Positions 40,709-49,651 of a stretch of 49,651 nt of DNA are shown one piece after another (within the stretch, counting starts at the first letter, position 1; every line of letters begins with the position of its first letter). Source of the stretch: Microgenomates bacterium OLB22 (GTDB lineage Bacteria; Patescibacteriota; Microgenomatia; UBA1406; HO2-37-13b); NCBI GenBank assembly GCA_001567515.1, contig LLEV01000011.1, forward strand, positions 1-49,651, written 5' to 3'. Below the pieces are notes generated by a model that ran no database searches, had not been told where the DNA came from, and saw nothing but the letters and a program-made list of their open reading frames with translations. The position numbers and the translations under genes are program-made.

Positions 40709-41759
40709 TCAGTTATCTTTCTCAGGCTGTTTAACTGCAGGGACGTATGCGATGAAATTGTTTGCCCCCTGGAATACATACACGGGTTGAAAGTAGGGTT
40801 GATAGGTAGAAGGCTCAAGATACGCTAAATACATAGACTCGATTTTTATCGTTGAGCTGGGATTTTGATTGGCAACTATGATCGCTTGTTTTCTCTGTAG
40901 TCTATCCCAGGCCTCATCTCCAGTAATGAGTGAATATGTCCCCGCCCTGTCGGTATCCAATTCCCACACAGCTATTTCTCCTTTAAGTAGTGTTGGCACT
41001 CCTCCGGGGAAAGCAAAAACCAGATGATTAGTACTAGTGAAATACTTTTCAGTCACGACCCTTAGTCCGAGCAGATCAGGTTGAAAATAATCTACTTCTA
41101 CCATTGTTGCCCCTTGAGCACTGGGAAGAGTCTCAACGTCTTTGGTTTGCGGATCGTAGCGAAGATACGTTAGATTAGTTGCTCCAGCTGCAAATATTTT
41201 GTGGTAGCTCCCTAGCTTTCTTAGCAGATCAGAGGCGATTGCTTCGATACGTTCTTGTGAAGGGATGGCGCTTTCTGTAAAAAGTGCTTCCTCAGACGAG
41301 TAGTCTCGCTCATAGGTGAAGTTAAAGGTTTGGGTGTCTACCCGTAGCTCTCGCCCTCCTTGGGAAAAAAACGCCAATGTTTCCCTCAAGGCTGTGGGAG
41401 AGTGTTTCGGTATCAAAGCCTAGTGTCTTAGCCATCAGATACATCGTCTCTAGGTACCCAAAACGAGTACGCTGCTTGGGTATGAAAAAAACTTGAGCTG
41501 CTTGAGTTGCCGTAACCGGATGTCCTTCTATTGTATCTAAGAGAAATCGTGGTTGAGCAGGAAATGGCAGGAACTGGCGGACTTGTGGCGTGGGTATAGC
41601 CCCAAAAAGCGAATCAATCTCGATCTGAGCCCGCTGTCGCTTTTGAAACGAGCCCCAGACATGAGCTAGGCCATACATACCTACTACTATAAGGACTAAT
41701 GCGACGATGGCAAAAGGAGCAAGCTTTTGAATTTTTTTGTTCAGTTCTGTTAGCGTCAT
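40709..41759 (-). CDS. Hypothetical exported/membrane-anchored protein, reconstructed
   Basis: N-terminal TM, FGAIPTP, C-terminal YLAY..YFQPVYVF.G..FIAYVPAV. Two ORFs join at A7 41365-41371. Confidence 0.7.
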
Positions 41760-41821
41760 CTTTTTGATTGGACTGTCCCGTCGTTCTTTCAATATACGCA
41801 ACCCGTTGTTATAATGCAAGC

Positions 41822-43225
41822 ATGGTCAGGACACGTATCGCCCCATCTCCAACCGGCTTTGCTCATATCGGTACAATCTATCAAGTCTTATTTGACTATG
41901 CCTATGCAAAAAAAAATAAAGGGGCCTTTATTCTGCGTCTTGAAGACACAGATCGTGCACGATTTGTTGAAGGAGCAGAGGAGGTAGTCTATGATGCTCT
42001 AGACTGGTTTGGCCTCACTGAGGACGAGAGCCCACGCAAGCCTGGGAAATTCGGGCCTTATCGTCAATCTGAGAGACTCGAGCTCTATAAAAAGTATGCG
42101 CAGGAGTTAGTAACAAAAGGACATGCTTACTATTGCATCTGTACAAAGGAACGTCTCGATGAGGTCAGAACAAGACAACAAAAAGAGGGGACTCCTCCCA
42201 AATATGATAAACACTGTTTGACTATTCAGGAAGAGGTGAAAGAGGCTGTCTCAAAAGGAGCATCTCACGTCATTCGTTTGAATGTCCCATCGGGGCAAGA
42301 TATAGTCTGTCATGATGAGATCCGTGGAGATATTGTCTTCTCTTCCGATATCCTTGATGACCAGGTTCTCATGAAAAGCGATGGCTTTCCAACATATCAT
42401 CTAGCAGTTGTGGTAGATGATCATCTGATGAAGATCTCTCACGTGGTTCGTGGTGAGGAATGGATCCCATCGATGCCAAAGCATGTTCTCTTATATCAAT
42501 TCTTTGGATGGGAGATCCCTCACTTTTATCACACTGCTTTGCTACGCAATCCTGATAAATCCAAACTCGCAAAGCGGCATGGGCATACATCTGTATCCTG
42601 GTATAAAGAGCAAGGATTTCTCCCCGAGGCTATCCTCAACTTTCTCGCTCACATGGGGTGGTCGCATCCAGAGGAAAAGGAGGTCTTCAGTCTTGATGAG
42701 TTCATATCAGTTCTTGAGCTGAGGGATATGCGGGCAGCAGGTCCGATCTTTGATCTAGCGAAGCTGGAGTGGATGAATGGAGAATACATAAGGCTCATGT
42801 CAGCGGAGTTGCTTGCCGATAAGCTCTTTGATTTTTATGAGGGGAAGTATAAAAGAGATTTTATTTCAAAAACAATACCTCTAATTCAACAACGAATAAA
42901 GACTCTTAAGGAGTACGATGACTACTGCTCCACACTTGCCGAGCCACCTGTTGGAAATCTCGATTTAAGTTCAAGCTTTTCCTTGGTATCAGGGGCAACC
43001 ATAGAGGCCTTATCCTCCCTTGAAAATTGGAAGGCAGATGAGATTGGCGCAACAATGCAGGCTGTGGCGGAAAAGGCGGGTGTAAAGAATAGCGACTATT
43101 TCATGGATATGCGCAAGGCAATTCTGGGGAAAAAGATTACCCCACCACTAAACGAGTCTTTAGAACTGATTGGGCAACCTGGCACAGTATCTAGATTAAA
43201 AAATAGTGAAGAAACTACCCAGTAG
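41822..43225 (+). CDS. gltX: Glutamate-tRNA ligase
   Basis: VRTRIAPSPTG.AHIG, LRLEDTD, GPYRQSER, PTYHLAVVVDDH, RGEEW, KLAKR. Confidence 0.96.
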   Translation: MVRTRIAPSPTGFAHIGTIYQVLFDYAYAKKNKGAFILRLEDTDRARFVEGAEEVVYDALDWFGLTEDESPRKPGKFGPYRQSERLELYKKYAQELVTKGHAYYCICTKERLDEVRTRQQKEGTPPKYDKHCLTIQEEVKEAVSKGASHVIRLNVPSGQDIVCHDEIRGDIVFSSDILDDQVLMKSDGFPTYHLAVVVDDHLMKISHVVRGEEWIPSMPKHVLLYQFFGWEIPHFYHTALLRNPDKSKLAKRHGHTSVSWYKEQGFLPEAILNFLAHMGWSHPEEKEVFSLDEFISVLELRDMRAAGPIFDLAKLEWMNGEYIRLMSAELLADKLFDFYEGKYKRDFISKTIPLIQQRIKTLKEYDDYCSTLAEPPVGNLDLSSSFSLVSGATIEALSSLENWKADEIGATMQAVAEKAGVKNSDYFMDMRKAILGKKITPPLNESLELIGQPGTVSRLKNSEETTQ

Positions 43226-43268
43226 TTCCAATTTTTGAATTTGTATCTTGTCCCTTAGTTTCGATTTC

Positions 43269-44129
43269 CTAGCGTGAGGTTTCCATCCAATGCTTGTCTA
43301 TATCGACAGTCAAGTCGAGGAAGACGTGCTTATTTGTCGAGGTCTCGATCTCAGTCCTGGCCATTGATCCGATGACCTTTATCTTTTTCGCCTGTTGTCC
43401 GATGATCATCTTCTTGTAGATCAAGTCCGTGGTGAGGATACGAGCCTTGATATAGAGTATCCCATTTTCTCTCTCGTCGATCTCGTCCACAACGACGGTA
43501 GCTGTATAGGGGATCTCCTTTCGTGTTTGGAGGAAGAGTTTTTCTCGGATAAGTTCTGCCAGAAATGTGCCACCGTCCAGATTAAGCGCCGGGTAGACAG
43601 GCTTTTCACGAGGCTCGATACCTCTTTCAGGTAGTAGTTCAAAGATCCGATCAAGCAGAGGCTTTATGTGTTTTCGCTCAGAAGCAGACACATAGAAGAC
43701 TTCATCAAACTCCTCTTTGAGAAATTCGTATTGGGGGAGGAACTCAGGATCTTGCACGTCCATCTTGTTGAATACCATGATCACCGGCTTCTTTATCTTT
43801 CGTACTATCCCGAGCACACGGCCTTCTTCATATTCTCTCTTTCGAGTCGGGTCGACGATATAGAGAAAGACATCTATGTTAGACTCGATGGCAGAGAGCG
43901 TTGCGGCATTGGTCTTCTTTGCGACGAGATCTTTTGCTTTGGCAAATATTCCGGGAGTGTCGATGAACACGATCTCGCCTCGTTCATCGGTATAATAGGC
44001 GTGAATAGGAAACCGAGTAGTCTGAGGCTTCGGGGAGGTGATCGCTACTTTTTGTCCGACGATGGTGTTGACGAGTGTGGACTTACCTACATTTGGCCGT
44101 CCCACAAGAGCAACAGTACCTGATTTCAT
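43269..44129 (-). CDS. era: GTPase Era
   Basis: GRPNVGKST, KPQTTR, DTPG, NKMD, ELIREK, EIPY, KH-like IIGQQAKKIK.IG. Confidence 0.96.
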   Translation of the reverse strand: MKSGTVALVGRPNVGKSTLVNTIVGQKVAITSPKPQTTRFPIHAYYTDERGEIVFIDTPGIFAKAKDLVAKKTNAATLSAIESNIDVFLYIVDPTRKREYEEGRVLGIVRKIKKPVIMVFNKMDVQDPEFLPQYEFLKEEFDEVFYVSASERKHIKPLLDRIFELLPERGIEPREKPVYPALNLDGGTFLAELIREKLFLQTRKEIPYTATVVVDEIDERENGILYIKARILTTDLIYKKMIIGQQAKKIKVIGSMARTEIETSTNKHVFLDLTVDIDKHWMETSR

Positions 44130-44199
44130 GTGGCTATAGTATACACTGTCTTCTGGCTCCGTAGGGGACTATATGCTACAATAGAGCGCAGTGAGCTTA

Positions 44200-44270
44200 T
44201 GGGGAATCGTCTAATGGCAGGACTCATCTCTTTGGAAGATGCTATCGGGGTTCGAATCCCTGTTCCCCAG
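44200..44270 (+). tRNA. tRNA-Gln(TTG), CCA not encoded
   Basis: TGGGGAA..CATCT-CTTTGGA-AGATG..GGGG-TTCGAAT-CCCT..TTCCCCA-G cloverleaf. Confidence 0.93.
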
Positions 44271-44310
44271 CTGAGACGGGCACCCTATAGTGACCGTATT
44301 CCCTATTTAG

Positions 44311-44341
44311 CTTGAAGGGGCTTGCTAAAAGCCCCTTCAAG
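44311..44341. terminator. 13-bp perfect hairpin downstream of tRNA-Gln
   Basis: CTTGAAGGGGCTT-GCTAA-AAGCCCCTTCAAG. No U-tract, so terminator function is uncertain. Confidence 0.5.
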
Positions 44342-44470
44342 ACGGGAAACATTCGGACCGACAAAACACCCTCAAAATCCCAATATTAAGGCTAAGGTTC
44401 AAATATGTCCGACTTAACCTGAGAATTAGGATTCGAACCTTTCATTTTGCTATAATCCGTATGTACATAT

Positions 44471-45034
44471 ATGCGTCTTAAAAATGTCCTATTGGCCTTC
44501 TTAATTGTAATTCTTTCTTTACTGTCTTTTTCTCCTAGCCATGTGCTTGCATCTTGTGCTCCTGCTGTATCACTTGCTGAATACAAAGACCAAGCAGATA
44601 TTGTTGTCTTAGGTCAGGTAACAAGCATATCTGATACTTCAGCTATAGTTAATGTGGAACTATATTTTAAAGGTCATGGTGGACCTTCTCAGATTGAAGT
44701 AACTGGACAGGAATCAAAAGGAGCAGTAACATCTGTTGATTTTACTTTTGAAGAGAATAGAAAATATCTCCTTTTTCTTAAGATGGACTCCGGTAATCTT
44801 AAAACAAATGCCTGTATGGGAAATAAAGAAGTATCCGATGCACTTACTTCTGAAGATTTAGCTGTTTTAGGTACGGGATATTCACCGAGTGGGAACACTC
44901 AGGACTTATCATCTTCCGAAGGTAGTGAAAGACAGCCTTCAAATCCTAATATAAATTTTATGTTAGTAACTGGTGGCCTTTTAATTCTTGGAGTTGTTGC
45001 TGTTTCCTGGAAAAAGTTGCAAAAGAAGCGATAG
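44471..45034 (+). CDS. Secreted, C-terminally anchored protein with TIMP/NTR-like OB fold
   Basis: Signal peptide ending VLA-SC, ADIVVLGQV, V..YFKG, F.ENRKYLLF, N.C, Ser-rich linker, TM, basic tail. Confidence 0.6.
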   Translation: MRLKNVLLAFLIVILSLLSFSPSHVLASCAPAVSLAEYKDQADIVVLGQVTSISDTSAIVNVELYFKGHGGPSQIEVTGQESKGAVTSVDFTFEENRKYLLFLKMDSGNLKTNACMGNKEVSDALTSEDLAVLGTGYSPSGNTQDLSSSEGSERQPSNPNINFMLVTGGLLILGVVAVSWKKLQKKR

Positions 45035-45042
45035 AAATAGTT

Positions 45043-46367
45043 TTAAATTAACGGTACCGAGGTAACGGTTTCGTTGTGAATATAGAGTTGCCGATTTAAT
45101 ATATTCGTTACTTCTCGTTTTTCCAGCATCGTTCCATTTCTGAAAATGTAGTTCGCATAATCCATAAAGTGAACAGGCTTGTTTTCAGGGTTAATGTCTT
45201 GCGCCCACAAAATCTCATCTCGCATTTTCTTGTAAGCTTCCATACTTTCTTTTATAAATATCTTAAAAGTAAATATCTGCGGATGCGCCATATACATGAA
45301 GTTTAGGTATCGTAATATTTGCTTTACGAGCTTGTCTTCTGTGAGATATGGTTCCGGGCAACCATACTTTTTTGCCTCGTACAGTGATAGTAAATGTGAT
45401 AGCGTGGTTCTCCATATTTTCGCTTTCTATACCTATCTTCACCGATTACCAGTGATCCACAGCTTGCACATTTGAATAATTCTTTAAAGGTAAATGTTTT
45501 GCTACCCCATTTTGCTTTTTTCGGAACAATTAATTGTTTCTGTACTTGGTCAAATAGTTCTTTAGTAACTAATGGTTTATGAGCACCTTTATACCAGTTA
45601 CCACTTCCGATTGGATATTCAAACTCACCATAGTAAAAGGGATTCTTGAGCATAAGATAAATCTGACTAAGTGTCACTTTCTTTCCTGCTCTGGTTGTTA
45701 AGCAAGTATCAAGCCACTTCTTAAGTGTTCTTCCGCTATCACCATTTCTTGCTACTCTTTCAAACATTTCCGTCACAAATGGAGCTCTTTCAGGATCAGG
45801 AATAATATCTTTTATTCCTGCCATTGCTCTATTGAAATAACCGATTGGCGGCATTCCCGGTCTCCATCCCATGTTACATTTCGCTCTGATACCTCTTTTT
45901 ACATTTATTCCTTTCTGGTCATTCTCAAGTTTGGCTTGAGAGCAAAGGATCATAAGTAAGAACTTATCACTTGGACTATTGGAGAATGCCTGTGTAAATG
46001 TTTTAATGTGAATGAGTTTTCCACCATCCATCATATCTACAAGCATCCCTAAATCTCCAGCATTTCTACTTAACCGATCTGGAGCCCATGTTAAAATTCC
46101 TGTGAACATTCCATTACGAAGATCATTGAGGAGTTGATTAAAGACTGGCCGCTGCCCTGACAGTTTGGCAGAATGACTTTCTTTGCGAATCTCTTTGATG
46201 AATAGTCCTTCTTTTATTGCCATGTCGTTCATTTCTTTGATTTGAGAGTCAATTGACATCGCTTGCCGTTCATCATCCTCAGTTGATTTTCGTGCATAAA
46301 GACAATATTCAACGGCCTGTACTTGTGGTAGAACTGCTTGCTGTAACAAGTTATTCTGGTAGTTCAT
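45043..46367 (-). CDS. Large serine recombinase, reconstructed
   Basis: YCLYARKSTED catalytic Ser, SI..Q, RP.F, DRLSRN, NPFYYG, H.PLV, CASCG..YYHC. Fixing T6 45368-45373 gives KKYGCPEPYLTE and joins ORF 45043-45297. Confidence 0.9.
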
Positions 46368-46436
46368 ATCAAGGGACAAGGTACCGCAACAATTAGGGGA
46401 AGTCCAGATGCAAAATACTATGAGGATTAATCTATA

Positions 46437-48658
46437 TTAGACTGTTATAAGGTCTTTTTCTGATCTCTTCAATAGAACTGCATTTGTCGCAACAATAATT
46501 GAAGAGACACTCATCAAAAGTGCTGAAATTTCGGGTCTTAGTGAAATATTAAATGCAGGGTATAGAACACCTGCTGCAACAGGTATAGCTAAGACGTTAT
46601 AAATTGAGGCCCAAAAGAGATTTTGTTTCATTTTTCTAACCGTTGCTTTTGAAAGCCTAATCGCTCTGATCACATCAGCCGGATCTGACTTCATAAGGAC
46701 TACTTTCGCAGTTTCTATTGCAACATCAGTCCCCGCACCGATAGCTATTCCTATGTCTGCCTGAGCGAGTGCTGGTGCATCATTCACCCCATCTCCAACC
46801 ATTGCGACAAATTTTCCTTCTTTTTGTAATTTCTTAACAAATGATGCTTTATCCTCAGGCATAACATCCGAAAATACTCGCTTTATCCCAAGTTTTTTTG
46901 CTACTACATGAGCTGTGGCTTCATTATCTCCTGTAATCATAGCTGTTTCTATATTCAGTTCATTGAGTCTTTCTATAGATTTCTTCGCATTCGACTTGAT
47001 TGGATCTGCAGCCCCTACTACTGCTTTGACTTTTCCATCAACGGCAAGAACCATAATTGTTTGTCCATTTTTTTAAAAATGACTGTATTTTATCCTCAAG
47101 TGGTGTAACATCAACATTATTTTCTTTCATGAGCTTTACCGTACCCACTAATACCTTTTTTCCTTCAATGACTGCCCGTACCCCTAGGCCTGATAGATTT
47201 TCAAATTTTTCAACTTTGGTTGGGAGATTAATTCTTTTTACTCTTCATTTCTTCAAGTACTGCATTCGCAAGAGGATGAGATGATTTTACTTCTGCTGCT
47301 CCAATAAGTTGCAAAGCTTCTTTATCACTGATGTCCTTAACACTACTTATGTTTGTAATTTTAGGCTTACCCTCTGTTAATGTTCCCGTTTTATCAAGCA
47401 CGACGGCTTGAATTTTTGATACCTGCTCAAGAGTTGGAGCATCTTTAATAAGTATGTTGTGCTTTGCCCCAAGTCCTGTCCCAACTGCAACAGCAGTTGG
47501 TGTTGCAAGACCTAAGGCATCGGGACAGGCGATCACTACAGCAGAAATTGCAAAAGTAAGTGCAAAGAGTAAAGGCTGTCCTGCTATAAAATACCAAACG
47601 GCAAAAGTGAGTAGACCGCTTCCTACAGCAAGGATAACTAAATAACCCGCAAATTTATCTGCAATCTTTTGTCCTGGGGCTTTCGAGTTCTGTGCGGTTT
47701 CAACCATTTTTGCTATTTGTGAGAGAGCAGTATCTTCTCCTACTTTTGTTGCTTTGAACTGAACCGACCCTGACTGATTTATTGAACCACCTATTACCTG
47801 ATCTCCAATTTCTTTAGCAACTGGTAGAGATTCTCCTGTAACCAGGGATTCATCAATTGCTGTTTCACCCTCAATAATTTCACCATCAACAGGCACTTTA
47901 TCACCTGGTTTAAGAATAAGGATATCTCCCTTCTTCACTTCTGATGTAGAGACTAGCTCTTCCTTTCCATTTCTAAGGAGTCTTGCCTGTGGTGGAACTA
48001 AATTAAACAAAGCTTGGAGAGCGTCTGTCGTACCACGACGTGACTTCATCTCCATCCAATGTCCAAAAAGGACGAATGTAATAAGCATTGCTGCTGCTTC
48101 ATAGAAGGTTTCATGACTCCCAATAAGGGTGAGTATCACACTGAAACCATACGCTGCTGTTATACCCACCGCGATAAGCACAGACATTCCTAGTCGTCGG
48201 GTTTTTAGTTCATAGTAAGAAGAATACAAGAATAACCAGCCACCATAAAAAAAGACTGGAGTTGTTAAAACGAAAAGAAGCCAGGGTATAGGGATTGGTG
48301 AGGGTAAATTCCAATTAAACAGCATTCTACCCATTGAGTACGCAAGGATAGGGACCGTTAAAATAAACGAGAAAAAGAACTTATTACGTATATCCTCTTC
48401 CATGAGCTTAGCCATCTCACGTCCTGCTTTTCCTGTGTGATCCATGCCCATCGTCATAGTCATGCTCATCTTTATTTTTTCCCAAAAGGACATATCATCA
48501 ATGGGTTTCATTGTGTGCTCATGACTCATATGGCTTTCATGCATCTCGTGTTTACCGTTCTTTATTTCAACAAGTGCCATACCACATTTTGGACAACGAC
48601 CAGCTTTGTTTTGCTGAATTTCAGGATGCATTGGACACGTATATGTTTTATTGTTCAT
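46437..48658 (-). CDS. Heavy-metal (copper) P1B-type ATPase, reconstructed
   Basis: YTCPMHP..CPKCGM, His/Met-rich N-terminus, TGES, CPDALGLATP, DKTGTLT, SHP, GDGVNDAP, YN, MSVSS. Slips near 47068-47079 and about 47230. Confidence 0.92.
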
Positions 48659-48660
48659 AT

Positions 48661-48855
48661 CTATTTATTTCTTTGATGCGTTTTGTACATTCCCCAACTG
48701 TGCATAATTATTCCAATGAAAATAATTAATAAAGCAAAAGGTTGAAAATAACTCGCAAGTAGTATGCCGAGACCAAATGCTACAAAACAAGCACCGAAGA
48801 GGGAAGCTTGCCATTCAATATATTTTGCCTTCGTTAATTTTTCTTCTTTTCCCAT
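48661..48855 (-). CDS. Small two-TM membrane protein in the copper operon
   Basis: 64 aa, HSWGMYK.H motif, ends 2 bp before the ATPase start. Confidence 0.7.
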   Translation of the reverse strand: MGKEEKLTKAKYIEWQASLFGACFVAFGLGILLASYFQPFALLIIFIGIIMHSWGMYKTHQRNK

Positions 48856-48856
48856 A

Positions 48857-48958
48857 TTAAAATAGTTTGAAAACTACATATACCAGTAGTCCAGCAAGGA
48901 AAATCCAGCAGAACCAGTACAAAATTGTTTGGTAACCATTTTTTCTCTTTTCTTTCAT
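48857..48958 (-). CDS. 33-aa single-TM microprotein (absent from the ORF track)
   Basis: MKEKRKNGYQTILYWFCWIFLAGLLVYVVFKLF. ATGA overlap with the upstream stop and 1 bp gap to the next gene. Confidence 0.6.
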   Translation of the reverse strand: MKEKRKNGYQTILYWFCWIFLAGLLVYVVFKLF

Positions 48959-49295
48959 TGTATATTCCAACTGAACTTTCTTTCGGCAATGCCTCCTACA
49001 TTACGTAGTATTAGTGTAACTGATTGAGGACGTTCTTGAAAAGCAGGAAACATAAGCACACCTTCTCTATGATGTCCTCCAGAAGGATCTCCGTCCCACG
49101 ATAAAGAAAGTTGTTTATTTCTCTTCTCATCAGTAAGTTCTGCACTTTTTGTCAGGTCTTCATCTAAGCTGCCTGTATGAGTATCCAGTATTACCTGAAA
49201 TTGCCATGTTTTTTTATCTTTTGAAATATTTTCTGGCGTAATTTTCACAGTAACAGAACCTTCCGAATTCGTCTGGGTAGTTAAGGAGTTTTGTG
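48955..49295 (-). pseudogene. 5'-truncated exported His-motif protein (THTG..GGHHR) of the copper cluster
   Basis: QTNSEGSVTVKITP..LDTHTGSL..WDGDPSGGHHREGVL.F..ERKFSW. There is no signal/TM N-terminus before the composition break near 49295. Confidence 0.55.
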
Positions 49296-49586
49296 GGGTT
49301 TGCCGGATTGGCGCCCAAAGTAATGATCGTGTTGCTTTACCTCTATGGCGGAGCACTAGAAGCATCCGAGATCTCCAATATGATTACCAAGTGTCTAGCT
49401 GGCACTGGAAAGGAGGTCTCGCGAGCAGAAGTGCTCGAGCGTCTGAAGCCTGCTATCGAGGCAGGCTTTGTGGAGCCCCTCTATCAGAAGAGGGGTGATA
49501 CGCGGTATCAGCTCTCGGCCACGGGCCGCGTGGCCACTCAGGAGTGGGCCGGCGAGTGTCATGCTCAAGGTCTTGTCTCTGCCTGA
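49293..49586 (+). CDS. Winged-helix-like protein, probably 5'-truncated, GC-rich
   Basis: L....EAGFVE.....GDTRYQLSATG wing motif. Followed by a terminator. Confidence 0.5.
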   Translation: MGFAGLAPKVMIVLLYLYGGALEASEISNMITKCLAGTGKEVSRAEVLERLKPAIEAGFVEPLYQKRGDTRYQLSATGRVATQEWAGECHAQGLVSA

Positions 49587-49593
49587 GGTCTGT

Positions 49594-49622
49594 CCCTCAC
49601 CACTTGTGGTGAGGGCTTTTTT
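49594..49622 (+). terminator. Intrinsic terminator
   Basis: CCCTCACCA-CTTG-TGGTGAGGG-C followed by T6. Confidence 0.85.
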
Positions 49623-49651
49623 ATGCCTACATTGACTTTTGTATGTGTAAA

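Larger units (their letters stand above)
44271..49295. mobile_element. Putative genomic island at tRNA-Gln (serine recombinase plus copper cluster)
   Basis: Starts at the tRNA 3' end, visibly AT-richer codon usage, large serine recombinase and metal-resistance cargo. The right end is an abrupt junction. Confidence 0.7.

Noticed and set aside
44130-44315. 61-aa ORF
   Set aside because: It is a translation across tRNA-Gln.
2305-48658. Mass pseudogenisation or programmed frameshifting
   Set aside because: Breaks fall mostly in homopolymers, go in both directions, hit essential genes and are not accompanied by in-frame stops or decay. Sequencing error is the simpler explanation.

Overview
Origin-proximal chromosome segment of a small-genome bacterium, inferred to be Patescibacteria/CPR (Microgenomates-like). 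The inference rests on the PrgI/VirB4 trio, DUF4012, DUF3048, DUF4446 and DUF5679 genes, an unlinked 5S rRNA and tRNAs without an encoded CCA. It uses the standard genetic code (TGA is a stop). The window holds dnaA-oriC-dnaN and housekeeping genes: trxB, orn, recA-recX-rny, hup, smpB-ssrA, yidD/trmD, comF, comM, rpsA, gap, rplY, secDF, cca, recJ, aspS, dac, gltX, era. RNA genes are tRNA-Pro, tRNA-Gln, tmRNA and an orphan 5S rRNA. There are two accessory regions: a structured-repeat plus GIY-YIG islet at the tmRNA 3' end, and an AT-richer island at tRNA-Gln with a large serine recombinase and a copper ATPase cluster. About 20 genes, many essential, are broken at homopolymer runs, most likely long-read indel errors, so I report reconstructed gene spans. 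The most notable signals are (1) pervasive leaderless starts, including three divergent gene pairs sharing 15-23 bp bidirectional -10 elements; (2) a nested REP-like palindrome fused to the tmRNA 3' end and abutting a GIY-YIG nuclease; (3) a non-canonical tmRNA tag ending YAYVN; (4) a candidate serine-recombinase att site with tRNA T-arm-like half-sites. All calls come from reading the sequence; no searches were run.
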